Shown here one piece after another: positions 1 through 8,236 of a stretch of 56,798 nucleotides of DNA. The DNA comes from a virus (Duplodnaviria; Caudoviricetes), in the IMG/VR virus record IMGVR_UViG_3300049845_000287, positions 1 through 56,798 of that record. One strand, written 5' to 3'. Position 1 is the stretch's first letter; each line of letters begins with the position of its first letter. The position numbers and the translations under genes were made by a program. Under the pieces are notes generated by a model that worked only from the letters and a program-made list of their open reading frames with translations, was not told the origin of the DNA and ran no database searches.

Positions 1-62
1 CTTCCTTGGTGACCCTGTCGCCGGCAGGGTGTATCGCCCCGGCGACAGGGTCACCAAGGAAG
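1..62. repeat. 24-bp perfect inverted repeat at contig start, probably a fold-back artefact
   Basis: 1-24 is the reverse complement of 39-62; bases 1-16 are absent from the right-hand copy. Confidence 0.8.
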
Positions 63-142
63 AGGCCATCTTCCTCAAGGCGGCCGGTCTGCTCAACGAT
101 GTACGGATCCCGTCCGATGGTAAAATGTCGCGACGGGCGAGG
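17..142. repeat. 126-bp direct terminal repeat, left copy (circular assembly overlap)
   Basis: 17-142 is identical to 56673-56798, and the glycosyltransferase frame runs cleanly through the join. Confidence 0.95.
118..126 (+). promoter_or_regulatory. putative extended -10 promoter element
   Basis: TGGTAAAAT (TGn-TAnAnT) about 30 nt upstream of the ORF at 159. Confidence 0.4.
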
Positions 143-158
143 AATCAGGTGAGGATCC

Positions 159-803
159 ATGGCTAAGATCACCAAGGAGCAGAAGCGCGCTGCTCGCAAC
201 ATGCTCCGCACCCAGCGGTACAACGCGGGTTCGACCGCCGGGCAACTCAGCCGTGATGTGTCGAACCTGGACATGGCCGACCGCCAGAACCGGGCCAACA
301 CCGATGTCACGCTCGGCGCGAACTCGAAGCAGAGTGAGGCCGACCGCTTCGCCCAGGCCCTGAAGCTCCAGGGTTCGGCTTCCAGGCTCAACGACGAGAG
401 CGGCATCGCCATGCAGGGCAGCCAGCTCGGCGGCGTGCAGCAGATGCTCGGCCAGCGTAACGCCATGGATTCCGCCGAGACGCTGACCACGCTGGGCGGC
501 AACCAGCAGGCCGCCTATGCGGCGCTGGACGACGCGCTCGGTGAGAACAGGATCAAGAAGCGCGAGCTGTATAGCAACGCCGCTTTCCAGACGAGGAACC
601 TCGAAGCCGACGCCTTCGCGCAGCTCAACACGATCAACCCGAGACTGGCGAGGGCGTGGGCCAAGAAGGGGCCGGGGAGAGGCAAGACCAACTTCGGCTC
701 AGGCCGCTACGTCGACAGGTTCTCACAGATCAGGCAGAACACCCCTACCGTCCAGGGCTACTACACCACGGACGACACGATGCGGTCAGGAGGCTACTCG
801 TGA
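159..803 (+). CDS. Gln/Ala-rich helical protein, possible small internal virion (ejection) protein
   Basis: GAGG RBS, 214 aa, Q/A/N-rich helical composition, lies in the structural operon. Confidence 0.55.
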   Translation: MAKITKEQKRAARNMLRTQRYNAGSTAGQLSRDVSNLDMADRQNRANTDVTLGANSKQSEADRFAQALKLQGSASRLNDESGIAMQGSQLGGVQQMLGQRNAMDSAETLTTLGGNQQAAYAALDDALGENRIKKRELYSNAAFQTRNLEADAFAQLNTINPRLARAWAKKGPGRGKTNFGSGRYVDRFSQIRQNTPTVQGYYTTDDTMRSGGYS

Positions 804-1165
804 AAGAGACCCCGAGCGATGTGGTGGAGCTCATCATCGCCGTCGATCTGAACCCGTCAGACCCGGAGGAGCCCATCAACGTCAACGACGTGAAGGTCAA
901 CCCGAAGGGTGAGGGCGGCGAGGACGGTGGCGAGGACTGGAAGAAGCTCACCATGCAGCTTCTCGAGGCCGCCGACATCCGCTGCACGAGCTACGAGGAC
1001 TGTGCCGAGGCCGTCGCGGAGATCCTCCAAGACGACGTCGAGGGCGAGAGCCCCTTCGACCAGGCGACCAAGGCCCCCGACAAGCCGAAGTCCAGCTCTC
1101 TGAAACTGCCACACCTGATGGGTGGGCCGTCGATGGAGATGGACGAGGACGAAGACGAGGAATGA
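800..1165 (+). CDS. acidic hypothetical protein
   Basis: GTG start overlapping the upstream stop (GTGA) with AGGAGG RBS; high GC3. Confidence 0.7.
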   Translation: MKETPSDVVELIIAVDLNPSDPEEPINVNDVKVNPKGEGGEDGGEDWKKLTMQLLEAADIRCTSYEDCAEAVAEILQDDVEGESPFDQATKAPDKPKSSSLKLPHLMGGPSMEMDEDEDEE

Positions 1166-1173
1166 GGTAAGCC

Positions 1174-1410
1174 ATGTTCGGCAAAGGTAAGAGCAACTTC
1201 AAGACGGCGTCGAAGAACGCCAAGAAGAAGTTCGGCAAGAAGGGCAAGCCGAACCCGTTCAAGAAGGGCATGGGCTTCAAGAAGGCCCAGGAGAACATCA
1301 TGGCGAGCGGCAAGAGCAAGGACGCCGCAGGCGCCATCCTCGCCTCCGCCGCGCGCAAGGCCAGCCCCTCCGCGAAGAAGAGGAACCCGAACCTCAAGAA
1401 GGTGAAGTAG
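1174..1410 (+). CDS. small, very basic Lys-rich phage protein (possible DNA-condensing protein)
   Basis: 78 aa, GAGG RBS, motif GFKKAQ...AAGAILAS...NPNLKKVK. Confidence 0.75.
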   Translation: MFGKGKSNFKTASKNAKKKFGKKGKPNPFKKGMGFKKAQENIMASGKSKDAAGAILASAARKASPSAKKRNPNLKKVK

Positions 1411-1412
1411 CC

Positions 1413-2015
1413 ATGGCCTTCGACGACTTCATGCGCCCGGCCCAGAAGGGCTGGCAGCAGAACACGTTGCGAGGGATCAGGAACGCCGACGCAGGCTTGG
1501 CCCGCGGGGCCGACAGAGCCGTGCGCGCGGTGGGTGAACCGCTCGGACGGGCGGCCTACAAGATGGGCGCCTACAATCCTGAGGGCGTCATCCCCCGCAT
1601 GAACGACGCGATCTCTTCCGCCGGCCTTCGGGCGGGCGAGGCGATGGTGGAGGGCGCTGAGGAGTTCTCGTCCCCCACCCCGTGGGACAGGGTGCGTCGT
1701 CTGAACCCGACCATCCTCCAGGCCATCATCGACGGCCAGGAGGAGATGAGGGACCCCGCGTTCGACCAGATGGTCGAGGACCAGTGGATGTACGCACCGG
1801 GTTCCCCGCGTCGCCGCCAGCTCGACGGCAACGACCTCAAGCAGGAGTTCAAGACCGACGCCGTGTTCAACGCCGGTTTCGATCTCACGCCCGAGGACGT
1901 GGCCCGCAGAGCCGCGATGAACGCGGGCTATCTCCGCGAGATCCCTGAGCTCGAAGAGCCTCAGATGTTCCTCAAAGAGATGAAGCCGATCCAGAAGAGG
2001 GGCGGCAAGAAATGA
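1413..2015 (+). CDS. hypothetical protein
   Basis: 200-aa ORF tightly packed in the operon with ATGA overlap downstream. Confidence 0.75.
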   Translation: MAFDDFMRPAQKGWQQNTLRGIRNADAGLARGADRAVRAVGEPLGRAAYKMGAYNPEGVIPRMNDAISSAGLRAGEAMVEGAEEFSSPTPWDRVRRLNPTILQAIIDGQEEMRDPAFDQMVEDQWMYAPGSPRRRQLDGNDLKQEFKTDAVFNAGFDLTPEDVARRAAMNAGYLREIPELEEPQMFLKEMKPIQKRGGKK

Positions 2016-2818
2016 GTCGCGGCCTGACCATCGCTGACTTCGTACAGCAGGTCAACTACGCCATCTACAAGGTGCGCCTCGACACGGGGTACTCGCTCGA
2101 CGGAGCCTTCCATGCCGACACGGACAAGTTCAAAGAGGTCGTCATGGAGGCCAACCTCGTGCTCCAGGACCTCCAGGTCTCGACCGACTGGAACTGGCTC
2201 AGGTCGCGCCGGTACTTCGGCCTGACCGAGAACCCGGAGTGCGACTGCACCTCCATCCAGGAGATCAACCTCGACGACTACCCGGAGTTCTACAAGATCT
2301 GCACGGGCTTCAACGACGCCGTGCGGCTGCACGACCCCGACTACATGGAGTCCTATATCGAGGTGCCGCTCACCTTGCCGAGAAGCGGGTCGCACACCGA
2401 CGTCTCCATGTTCGACAGCGTGGCGACGCCCAACGTGGTCGACACGCGCCTGCGCGCCTTCCAGGTGGGGCGCATCCTCTCGTTCACGAGGCGGTTCACC
2501 ACCTACGAGCTCGGGCTGCGCATCGAGACCGACGTCATCGACTACCTCGAGCCGCTCCACATCTGTGACGTGAACTGCGTCCAGCCGTGCCCGCAGGCGT
2601 ACGAGGACCTCGTGTTCACGCGGATCCCCGACCCGTACTACATGATCCTGCGCACCGCGGCCAAGCGGGCCGAGGGCGACCCGTCGGTCCCCGATCGCGC
2701 GATGACCCTTGGTGAGGAGTCCTCAAAGCTCTTGTCCGCCATCCGTGAGAACGATGCGTCCAAGACCTACCCTGATACCGCGTCGACCATCGAACTCGGA
2801 TACTTCCCGGTGTTGTGA
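2012..2818 (+). CDS. putative head-tail adaptor / tail tubular protein A
   Basis: 268 aa, DWNWLR motif after an N-terminal helix, directly upstream of the nozzle-sized gene. Confidence 0.65.
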   Translation: MSRGLTIADFVQQVNYAIYKVRLDTGYSLDGAFHADTDKFKEVVMEANLVLQDLQVSTDWNWLRSRRYFGLTENPECDCTSIQEINLDDYPEFYKICTGFNDAVRLHDPDYMESYIEVPLTLPRSGSHTDVSMFDSVATPNVVDTRLRAFQVGRILSFTRRFTTYELGLRIETDVIDYLEPLHICDVNCVQPCPQAYEDLVFTRIPDPYYMILRTAAKRAEGDPSVPDRAMTLGEESSKLLSAIRENDASKTYPDTASTIELGYFPVL

Positions 2819-4995
2819 TGGCGACCAAGAAGAAGAAGAAATCAGGAGGCCCGACCGGCAAGCCGCCTCTGTCAGAGCCCCGCGTCATGGTCTTCTCGAA
2901 GTTCGCCGGGTGCGACTTCTCGCTCTCGCCGCGTGACTTCACCACCACCTACGCCGAGGACGTCGAGGACCAAAGCGACCTCATGGCGACCTACATGGCG
3001 CTGCAGAACAACGCGGCGATCGTGGGCATGGGCACAATCGAGACCCGTCAGAACCTGGTGGAGCTGTTCGAGGCACCGGCAGGCAGGACGCTGACCGGCG
3101 TGGCGACGCTCATCTCCGACAGGCTCTACGTCGCCTGCGATGATGACACCGTCCACCACGGCCTGCTGCCCGACGAGCCCGCCTACCCGTATCCGCCTTC
3201 GGCCGACCTCGGCAACCTCGACTCGGTGGTGACCATCACCGACGTGGACCGCTCCGGCAGCGAGGACAACGAGTGGACGTTCCTCGGCTACGCCGACGAC
3301 AAGCTCGTCGGGATGACCGCCGGCAGGCAGCTGTGGACGGGCACCACAGGCTCACCGCTCCTCGAGCTCAAGAACGCCCGTGTGGTGCCGACTCCGACGG
3401 CGCTCACACTCGCCGACCTGACGGCTGTGGGCATGACCATATCCGACACCTACGGCGCGACGACCAACAAGTTCAGGATCGCGCTCAGCTACACCTACCT
3501 CAACAGGTTCGGACCCACGCTGCCCTCGACGACGTACGTCTTCTATGCCAGCAAGCCGCCCAACGAGTGGAACACGACGACGTATGTCACCATCAGCCAG
3601 TCCGCGCCCGACGGCTATGAGATCTCAGCGGCCGAGCTGTACTACGCGACCGGGGAGAACGTCTCGAAGGCGTTCCTCGCTCGCGTGGACATCGGAGCGG
3701 ACACCAACTTCTCAAAGCCTTGGAGCTACGACTGGCAGGGATACCTCATCGACACGGCCCAGTGGTCGATAGCCAACCTCGCGCCTCCCACGGAGAACTA
3801 CACCGGGGGCGTGCCCGCCTCGATGATGCGGGTCATCGACAGCCAGCTCTACTTCTGGGGCGGCTCGATCCCCCACAGGGTGTGGATCGGCGGCAACGTC
3901 GGTAACCGCTTCTCGGTCTCGACCGGGACGGGTGGCGGCTACGTCGACGTGGAGCCGGGCACGGGCACGGTCGTCTCCGACGTGCTGAAGTTCAAGACCC
4001 AGCAGGGGGCCTCCATCGTCACGATGCTGGCCGATAACCCGAACTCGTCTCGGGAGCACCGGTTCAACCTGGTGGAGAGCAACATCCAGCTCTCGGACGA
4101 GCAGTCGGTCAAGGGCTGGCAGTCCGAGAAGATCGCCGGCACCGTCGGGTGCAAGAGCCAACGCGGTGCCGTGGTGGGCGGAGACGGCCTGTACGCCGTG
4201 TCCCGCTACGGGCTGGCGCTCACCACGCTGACGATGGAGTACAACTCCCAGCTCCAGGTACAGTACGTCTCAGAGCCCATCAGCCCGGTGTTCCTGCGCC
4301 AGTACGGGGGCCAGCTCGAGAGCGCCGTGCTGTTCAGCGTCGCCGGGATCCTGTATCTCACGTTCGGCAGCCAGGACGGGGACCTCGACAACGTCATCTT
4401 CTGCTACGACGCGGAGGCCAAGGCGTGGTGGAGCTACACCATCGACCTGGATGAGCCGATCTTGAACATGATCCACATCGACCACGAGCACCACCGTGAG
4501 GGCATCGGCATCATCACGGCCAACCGTGTGTACCTGCTGCCGACGACGCGCGACGACGACCTCGACACGCTGCCGACGCAAAGCGTGCTCATCGAGTCGG
4601 CGGAGCTGTCGTCCGTACAGCCGATGCAGGCGATGAACTACCTGTCGCAGCTCGAGTTCCGCTTCGACTACTTCATCGGGACGTGCGACATCCATGTGCA
4701 GATGATCGACCAGTTCGGGCGTGACCTGAAAGTCACCAAGCACGTCGACCACAGCACAGTGCAGTACCAGCTCTCCGAGTACCTGCGGGTCGATGCCGTC
4801 GTGGAGAGCTTCAAGGTGGTCATCACCGGGCCTGCCAAGTTCCGCATGACGCACTTCCTGGCCAAGGCGTACCCCAAGAGCAACCGGGTCGGCATGGTCT
4901 GGGGGTTCGACACCCGTGCTTCGTACCGGAGCTCAGGCTCGTTGCACCACACGTTCGTTGACTACAATGACGTGAAGAACGCGATCATCCCGTAG
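2815..4995 (+). CDS. putative tail nozzle / tail tubular protein B (P22 gp10 / T7 gp12-like)
   Basis: 726 aa, beta-propeller-like composition, GTVGC and IFCYD..KAWW motifs typical of podovirus nozzle proteins, synteny. Confidence 0.7.
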   Translation: MMATKKKKKSGGPTGKPPLSEPRVMVFSKFAGCDFSLSPRDFTTTYAEDVEDQSDLMATYMALQNNAAIVGMGTIETRQNLVELFEAPAGRTLTGVATLISDRLYVACDDDTVHHGLLPDEPAYPYPPSADLGNLDSVVTITDVDRSGSEDNEWTFLGYADDKLVGMTAGRQLWTGTTGSPLLELKNARVVPTPTALTLADLTAVGMTISDTYGATTNKFRIALSYTYLNRFGPTLPSTTYVFYASKPPNEWNTTTYVTISQSAPDGYEISAAELYYATGENVSKAFLARVDIGADTNFSKPWSYDWQGYLIDTAQWSIANLAPPTENYTGGVPASMMRVIDSQLYFWGGSIPHRVWIGGNVGNRFSVSTGTGGGYVDVEPGTGTVVSDVLKFKTQQGASIVTMLADNPNSSREHRFNLVESNIQLSDEQSVKGWQSEKIAGTVGCKSQRGAVVGGDGLYAVSRYGLALTTLTMEYNSQLQVQYVSEPISPVFLRQYGGQLESAVLFSVAGILYLTFGSQDGDLDNVIFCYDAEAKAWWSYTIDLDEPILNMIHIDHEHHREGIGIITANRVYLLPTTRDDDLDTLPTQSVLIESAELSSVQPMQAMNYLSQLEFRFDYFIGTCDIHVQMIDQFGRDLKVTKHVDHSTVQYQLSEYLRVDAVVESFKVVITGPAKFRMTHFLAKAYPKSNRVGMVWGFDTRASYRSSGSLHHTFVDYNDVKNAIIP

Positions 4996-5003
4996 GGGGA
5001 GCC

Positions 5004-6398
5004 ATGTCTTACCGCGATGAATGTGACTGTGACGTACAGGTCTCCGCCGCTGCTACGGAGTCTCCCCTCGTCATGCTCAACGGACTGGTCACCGAGATCA
5101 CCATCCCATGCACCTACGTCACCGAGGTCGACGGAGTGGAGACAGAGCTCCCCATCCTGCTGACCACGGAGGGCTACGGCGACCCGGAGGTGGCGTTCGG
5201 AGACGATGCACCTGCGGGGCTCACGGCATGGGCGGAGATAGACGCCGAGGACGAGAGCATCATCAACCTGGTCATCTCGGCACAGTGCCCGAGCGCGGTC
5301 GACGAGGACCAGACCACCGACCTCTCCGTGCTCATCAGCAGAGGCGACGGCCTGACGCTGAGGACCGACGTCGTGATGCATGGCGAGCTGACCATCCAGC
5401 ACGGCCCGCTGCCCTCGACACCACCGCCGCCGCTTCCTTCGGCGGGAGCGGAATCGAGAGCGCTCTATGCCGGGATGCTCGGCTACGGTGTCATGAAGGA
5501 CTTCGACGGGAGCATCACGGGTGACGTGCTCACCATCACGGAGGGCAGCGCGATCGTCGAAGGCGCCTTCTTCGATGTCCTGGGGATCGACCGAGACGTC
5601 GCTCTCGTGGCCGCTACGAGCCGCATCCTGCTCAGGTGGACCCTGGACACCCTGGCGTTCACTCTCGTGTCCGTACCGACCTCTCAGGCCATCGTCCGCA
5701 CGACCGCTGTGTGGGAGCTGCCACTTGGTGTCGCCACGATCGGCGGCTCGATGGCGTGGGACTACGAGATGGCGGGCACGCTCGCAGACCCGGTCGGGTC
5801 GTTCAGGAGCTTCGGGGTCTACGAGGCGGACATCCCGAAGAGCCACGTCGTCTGTGACGGCAGGGCCATCTCGCGCACGCTGTACCCACGCCTCTTCGCC
5901 AAGATCGGCACGTTCTACGGTGGAGGCGACCTGACCACCACGTTCAACGTGCCCGACAAGCGGGCGCGCACGCCGATCTGTCTCGATGTGCGTGACAGCG
6001 ACATCGACAGCCTGGCCAAGACAGGTGGTGCCAAGACGGTCGCTCTGGCCGAAGCCAACATGCCCGCGCACCTGCACACCGTGGTCGCGCACAACCACTC
6101 GATCGACCACGACCATGCCTCCACGACGAGCTCGAGCAACGGCGCGCACACGCACGAGGTGCCCCACGGTGGCGACAGCCGTGACTACGCAGGCGGCAAC
6201 GATGCGAGCTTCTGGTTCACCAGCTCCAGCAGCCACACCGACACGACGTCGGAAGGGGCTCACACCCACACGACCGACATCGCCGCACTCACCGGCAACA
6301 GCGGGAACGCCGCACCGAACACCGACAGCAAGGGCAGCGGTACTGCTCACAGCAACGTGCAGCCGTTCCATGTCGAGCTCGTCTGCATCCGGGCTTAG
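5004..6398 (+). CDS. tail fibre protein with phage tail collar domain
   Basis: collar motif [34 protein letters not shown]; C-terminal HxH repeats and AHSNVQP. Confidence 0.85.
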   Translation: MSYRDECDCDVQVSAAATESPLVMLNGLVTEITIPCTYVTEVDGVETELPILLTTEGYGDPEVAFGDDAPAGLTAWAEIDAEDESIINLVISAQCPSAVDEDQTTDLSVLISRGDGLTLRTDVVMHGELTIQHGPLPSTPPPPLPSAGAESRALYAGMLGYGVMKDFDGSITGDVLTITEGSAIVEGAFFDVLGIDRDVALVAATSRILLRWTLDTLAFTLVSVPTSQAIVRTTAVWELPLGVATIGGSMAWDYEMAGTLADPVGSFRSFGVYEADIPKSHVVCDGRAISRTLYPRLFAKIGTFYGGGDLTTTFNVPDKRARTPICLDVRDSDIDSLAKTGGAKTVALAEANMPAHLHTVVAHNHSIDHDHASTTSSSNGAHTHEVPHGGDSRDYAGGNDASFWFTSSSSHTDTTSEGAHTHTTDIAALTGNSGNAAPNTDSKGSGTAHSNVQPFHVELVCIRA

Positions 6399-6407
6399 GA
6401 GGCGAAG

Positions 6408-6842
6408 ATGGCTTGCGAAGACGACATCGTCCTGACCCACAGGATGGGCAGCAACGCCACGGTGAACGTCCCTCTGATCTCACGGCCCGTCGTGGCTCCA
6501 ACGGTGGTGACGCACCTCAACCAAGAGGGATGCGTGATCCCCGCTGTGTCGCCGCTCGGGGTCGGCCCGGCCGGTGCTGACGGAGCTGACGGAGCTGACG
6601 GAGCCGACGGCGCACAGGGTCCGCAAGGACCGCCGGGCCTGCCCGGTGCGATAGGGCCGCAGGGTCCGGAGGGTCCGGAAGGCCCACAGGGCGCACAGGG
6701 TGAGATGGGGCCTCCGGGCATGATGGGGCCGATGGGACCTCCGGGCACACCCGGAGCCGACCTCTCTATCGAAGTCGTGCCTGATGCCATGTGGCCGCCT
6801 GCTGCACCGACACCCGGGATCCTCTACCTCAAGGGAGCGTAG
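6408..6842 (+). CDS. collagen-like (Gly-X-Y) virion protein
   Basis: about 22 consecutive Gly-X-Y triplets; AGGAGG RBS. Confidence 0.85.
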   Translation: MACEDDIVLTHRMGSNATVNVPLISRPVVAPTVVTHLNQEGCVIPAVSPLGVGPAGADGADGADGADGAQGPQGPPGLPGAIGPQGPEGPEGPQGAQGEMGPPGMMGPMGPPGTPGADLSIEVVPDAMWPPAAPTPGILYLKGA

Positions 6843-6844
6843 CG

Positions 6845-8227
6845 GTGAGCATCGGTCTGTTCGGACAGACATGGGTTCCAGCAACGGACGATGCTTCCAG
6901 CCCCAATATCACCCCGACTACGACCGTAGCTATCACGCCGCCAGGCTCGATGACGAGCGGTATGTTCGTGCTCTTGTGGGTCATGGTCTACGGCACGTCC
7001 GACCACGACCCGATCATCTCGCAGGCCGGCGGGCAGACGTGGACCAAGATAGGCACCGAGCCCACGCAGGTCCACCCCAACGGCCATTTCGCGCTGTTCC
7101 ATTGTGTGTTCAACGGGACGTGGAGCGCCGACCCGAGTGTGAACTTTCAGGGCACGGCCGGCACCTACCCCGTCTGTATGTGGCTCGGCGCGTTCACCGG
7201 AGTGAACACGTCCGACCCGTTCGACGTGGCACCGAGCGCGATCGCCTACGCGGTTTCGTCCTCAAAGACGCTCTCGGCTATCACCACCACCACGAACAGA
7301 GCGCTCGCGCTGCATCTGTGGGGCGAGATCGACGACAATACGATGCTGTTGAGCAACGGCGACAACGCCTCGAGGCCGTGGTCAGCGCCGGACGGCAACA
7401 TGGGTGCGCTGCATGGGCACGTCGGCAACATCGGCGGTAGCGACTGTGGGATCATGGCCTTGTCGCGCTCGATCATCGTCGCCGGTTCGAGCGGCACGGC
7501 CGCCGTCACGATGTCGACCTCGGACGCAGGCGGTGGGTACGACCTCGCACTCAAGTCGGCTGCCGATGCGATCTACCCGACCTGCATCGGCACCTATGTG
7601 CTCGGTTCGACCGGGACCAGCCACGTCATCCCCACGCCTACGGGCATCGCAAGCGGCGACCTCATGCTCGCGTTCCTTGCCACGACGAGTTCCAACACGA
7701 TCACGGCTCCGGACGGCTGGTCGCTCGTCGACGATGAGATCAACGGCAACTACCACTACCTCGTCTACTCGAAGGTCGCAGGCAGCAGCGAGCCGACCGA
7801 CTACACCTGGACCTCGGTCTCGTCGTGCAAGTACCTCGGCTACATCACCGGGTTCGACGGCACGGCCGGTACGCCGGTCGTCGAAACATCGAACACCGTC
7901 GCCTACGGCGGGACGTCGACGGTCGTGCTCCCGAGTCTCACAGCGGCGGGCGCAGCGCTCTCGGTCCTGTTCGGCTGTGCTGCCTCAGCGCTGGACAAGA
8001 ACCTGTGGCACCCACAGGAATACTCGAAGTGGTACTACATGGGCGACAACGCCGCAGACTTCTGGGCCGGTGTGTGGAGCAAGACCGTCGCAGCGGGAGC
8101 GACCGGCACGCAGACACTCACGCCCACGGCCGCGCTCGACTCGGCCGGTGGTATCCATGTCCTACTGAAGGCCCCCACAGCGAACGCGTCAAAGCCTTAC
8201 TATTACGCTATGAACAACCAGCTCTAG
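6845..8227 (+). CDS. beta-rich virion/receptor-binding protein with two related domains
   Basis: GTG start with GGGAG RBS; two S/T/G-rich modules (PPGSMTSG..L and PTGIASGDLMLAF...PDGWSL). Confidence 0.7.
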   Translation: MSIGLFGQTWVPATDDASSPNITPTTTVAITPPGSMTSGMFVLLWVMVYGTSDHDPIISQAGGQTWTKIGTEPTQVHPNGHFALFHCVFNGTWSADPSVNFQGTAGTYPVCMWLGAFTGVNTSDPFDVAPSAIAYAVSSSKTLSAITTTTNRALALHLWGEIDDNTMLLSNGDNASRPWSAPDGNMGALHGHVGNIGGSDCGIMALSRSIIVAGSSGTAAVTMSTSDAGGGYDLALKSAADAIYPTCIGTYVLGSTGTSHVIPTPTGIASGDLMLAFLATTSSNTITAPDGWSLVDDEINGNYHYLVYSKVAGSSEPTDYTWTSVSSCKYLGYITGFDGTAGTPVVETSNTVAYGGTSTVVLPSLTAAGAALSVLFGCAASALDKNLWHPQEYSKWYYMGDNAADFWAGVWSKTVAAGATGTQTLTPTAALDSAGGIHVLLKAPTANASKPYYYAMNNQL

Positions 8228-8236
8228 GGAGAAGCG

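Noticed and set aside
1-62. Terminal 24-bp hairpin as a covalently closed (protelomerase-type) end
   Set aside because: Only 8 bp of the inverted repeat exist in the right-hand copy, it falls inside the glycosyltransferase ORF, and no protelomerase is seen; a fold-back read artefact is more likely
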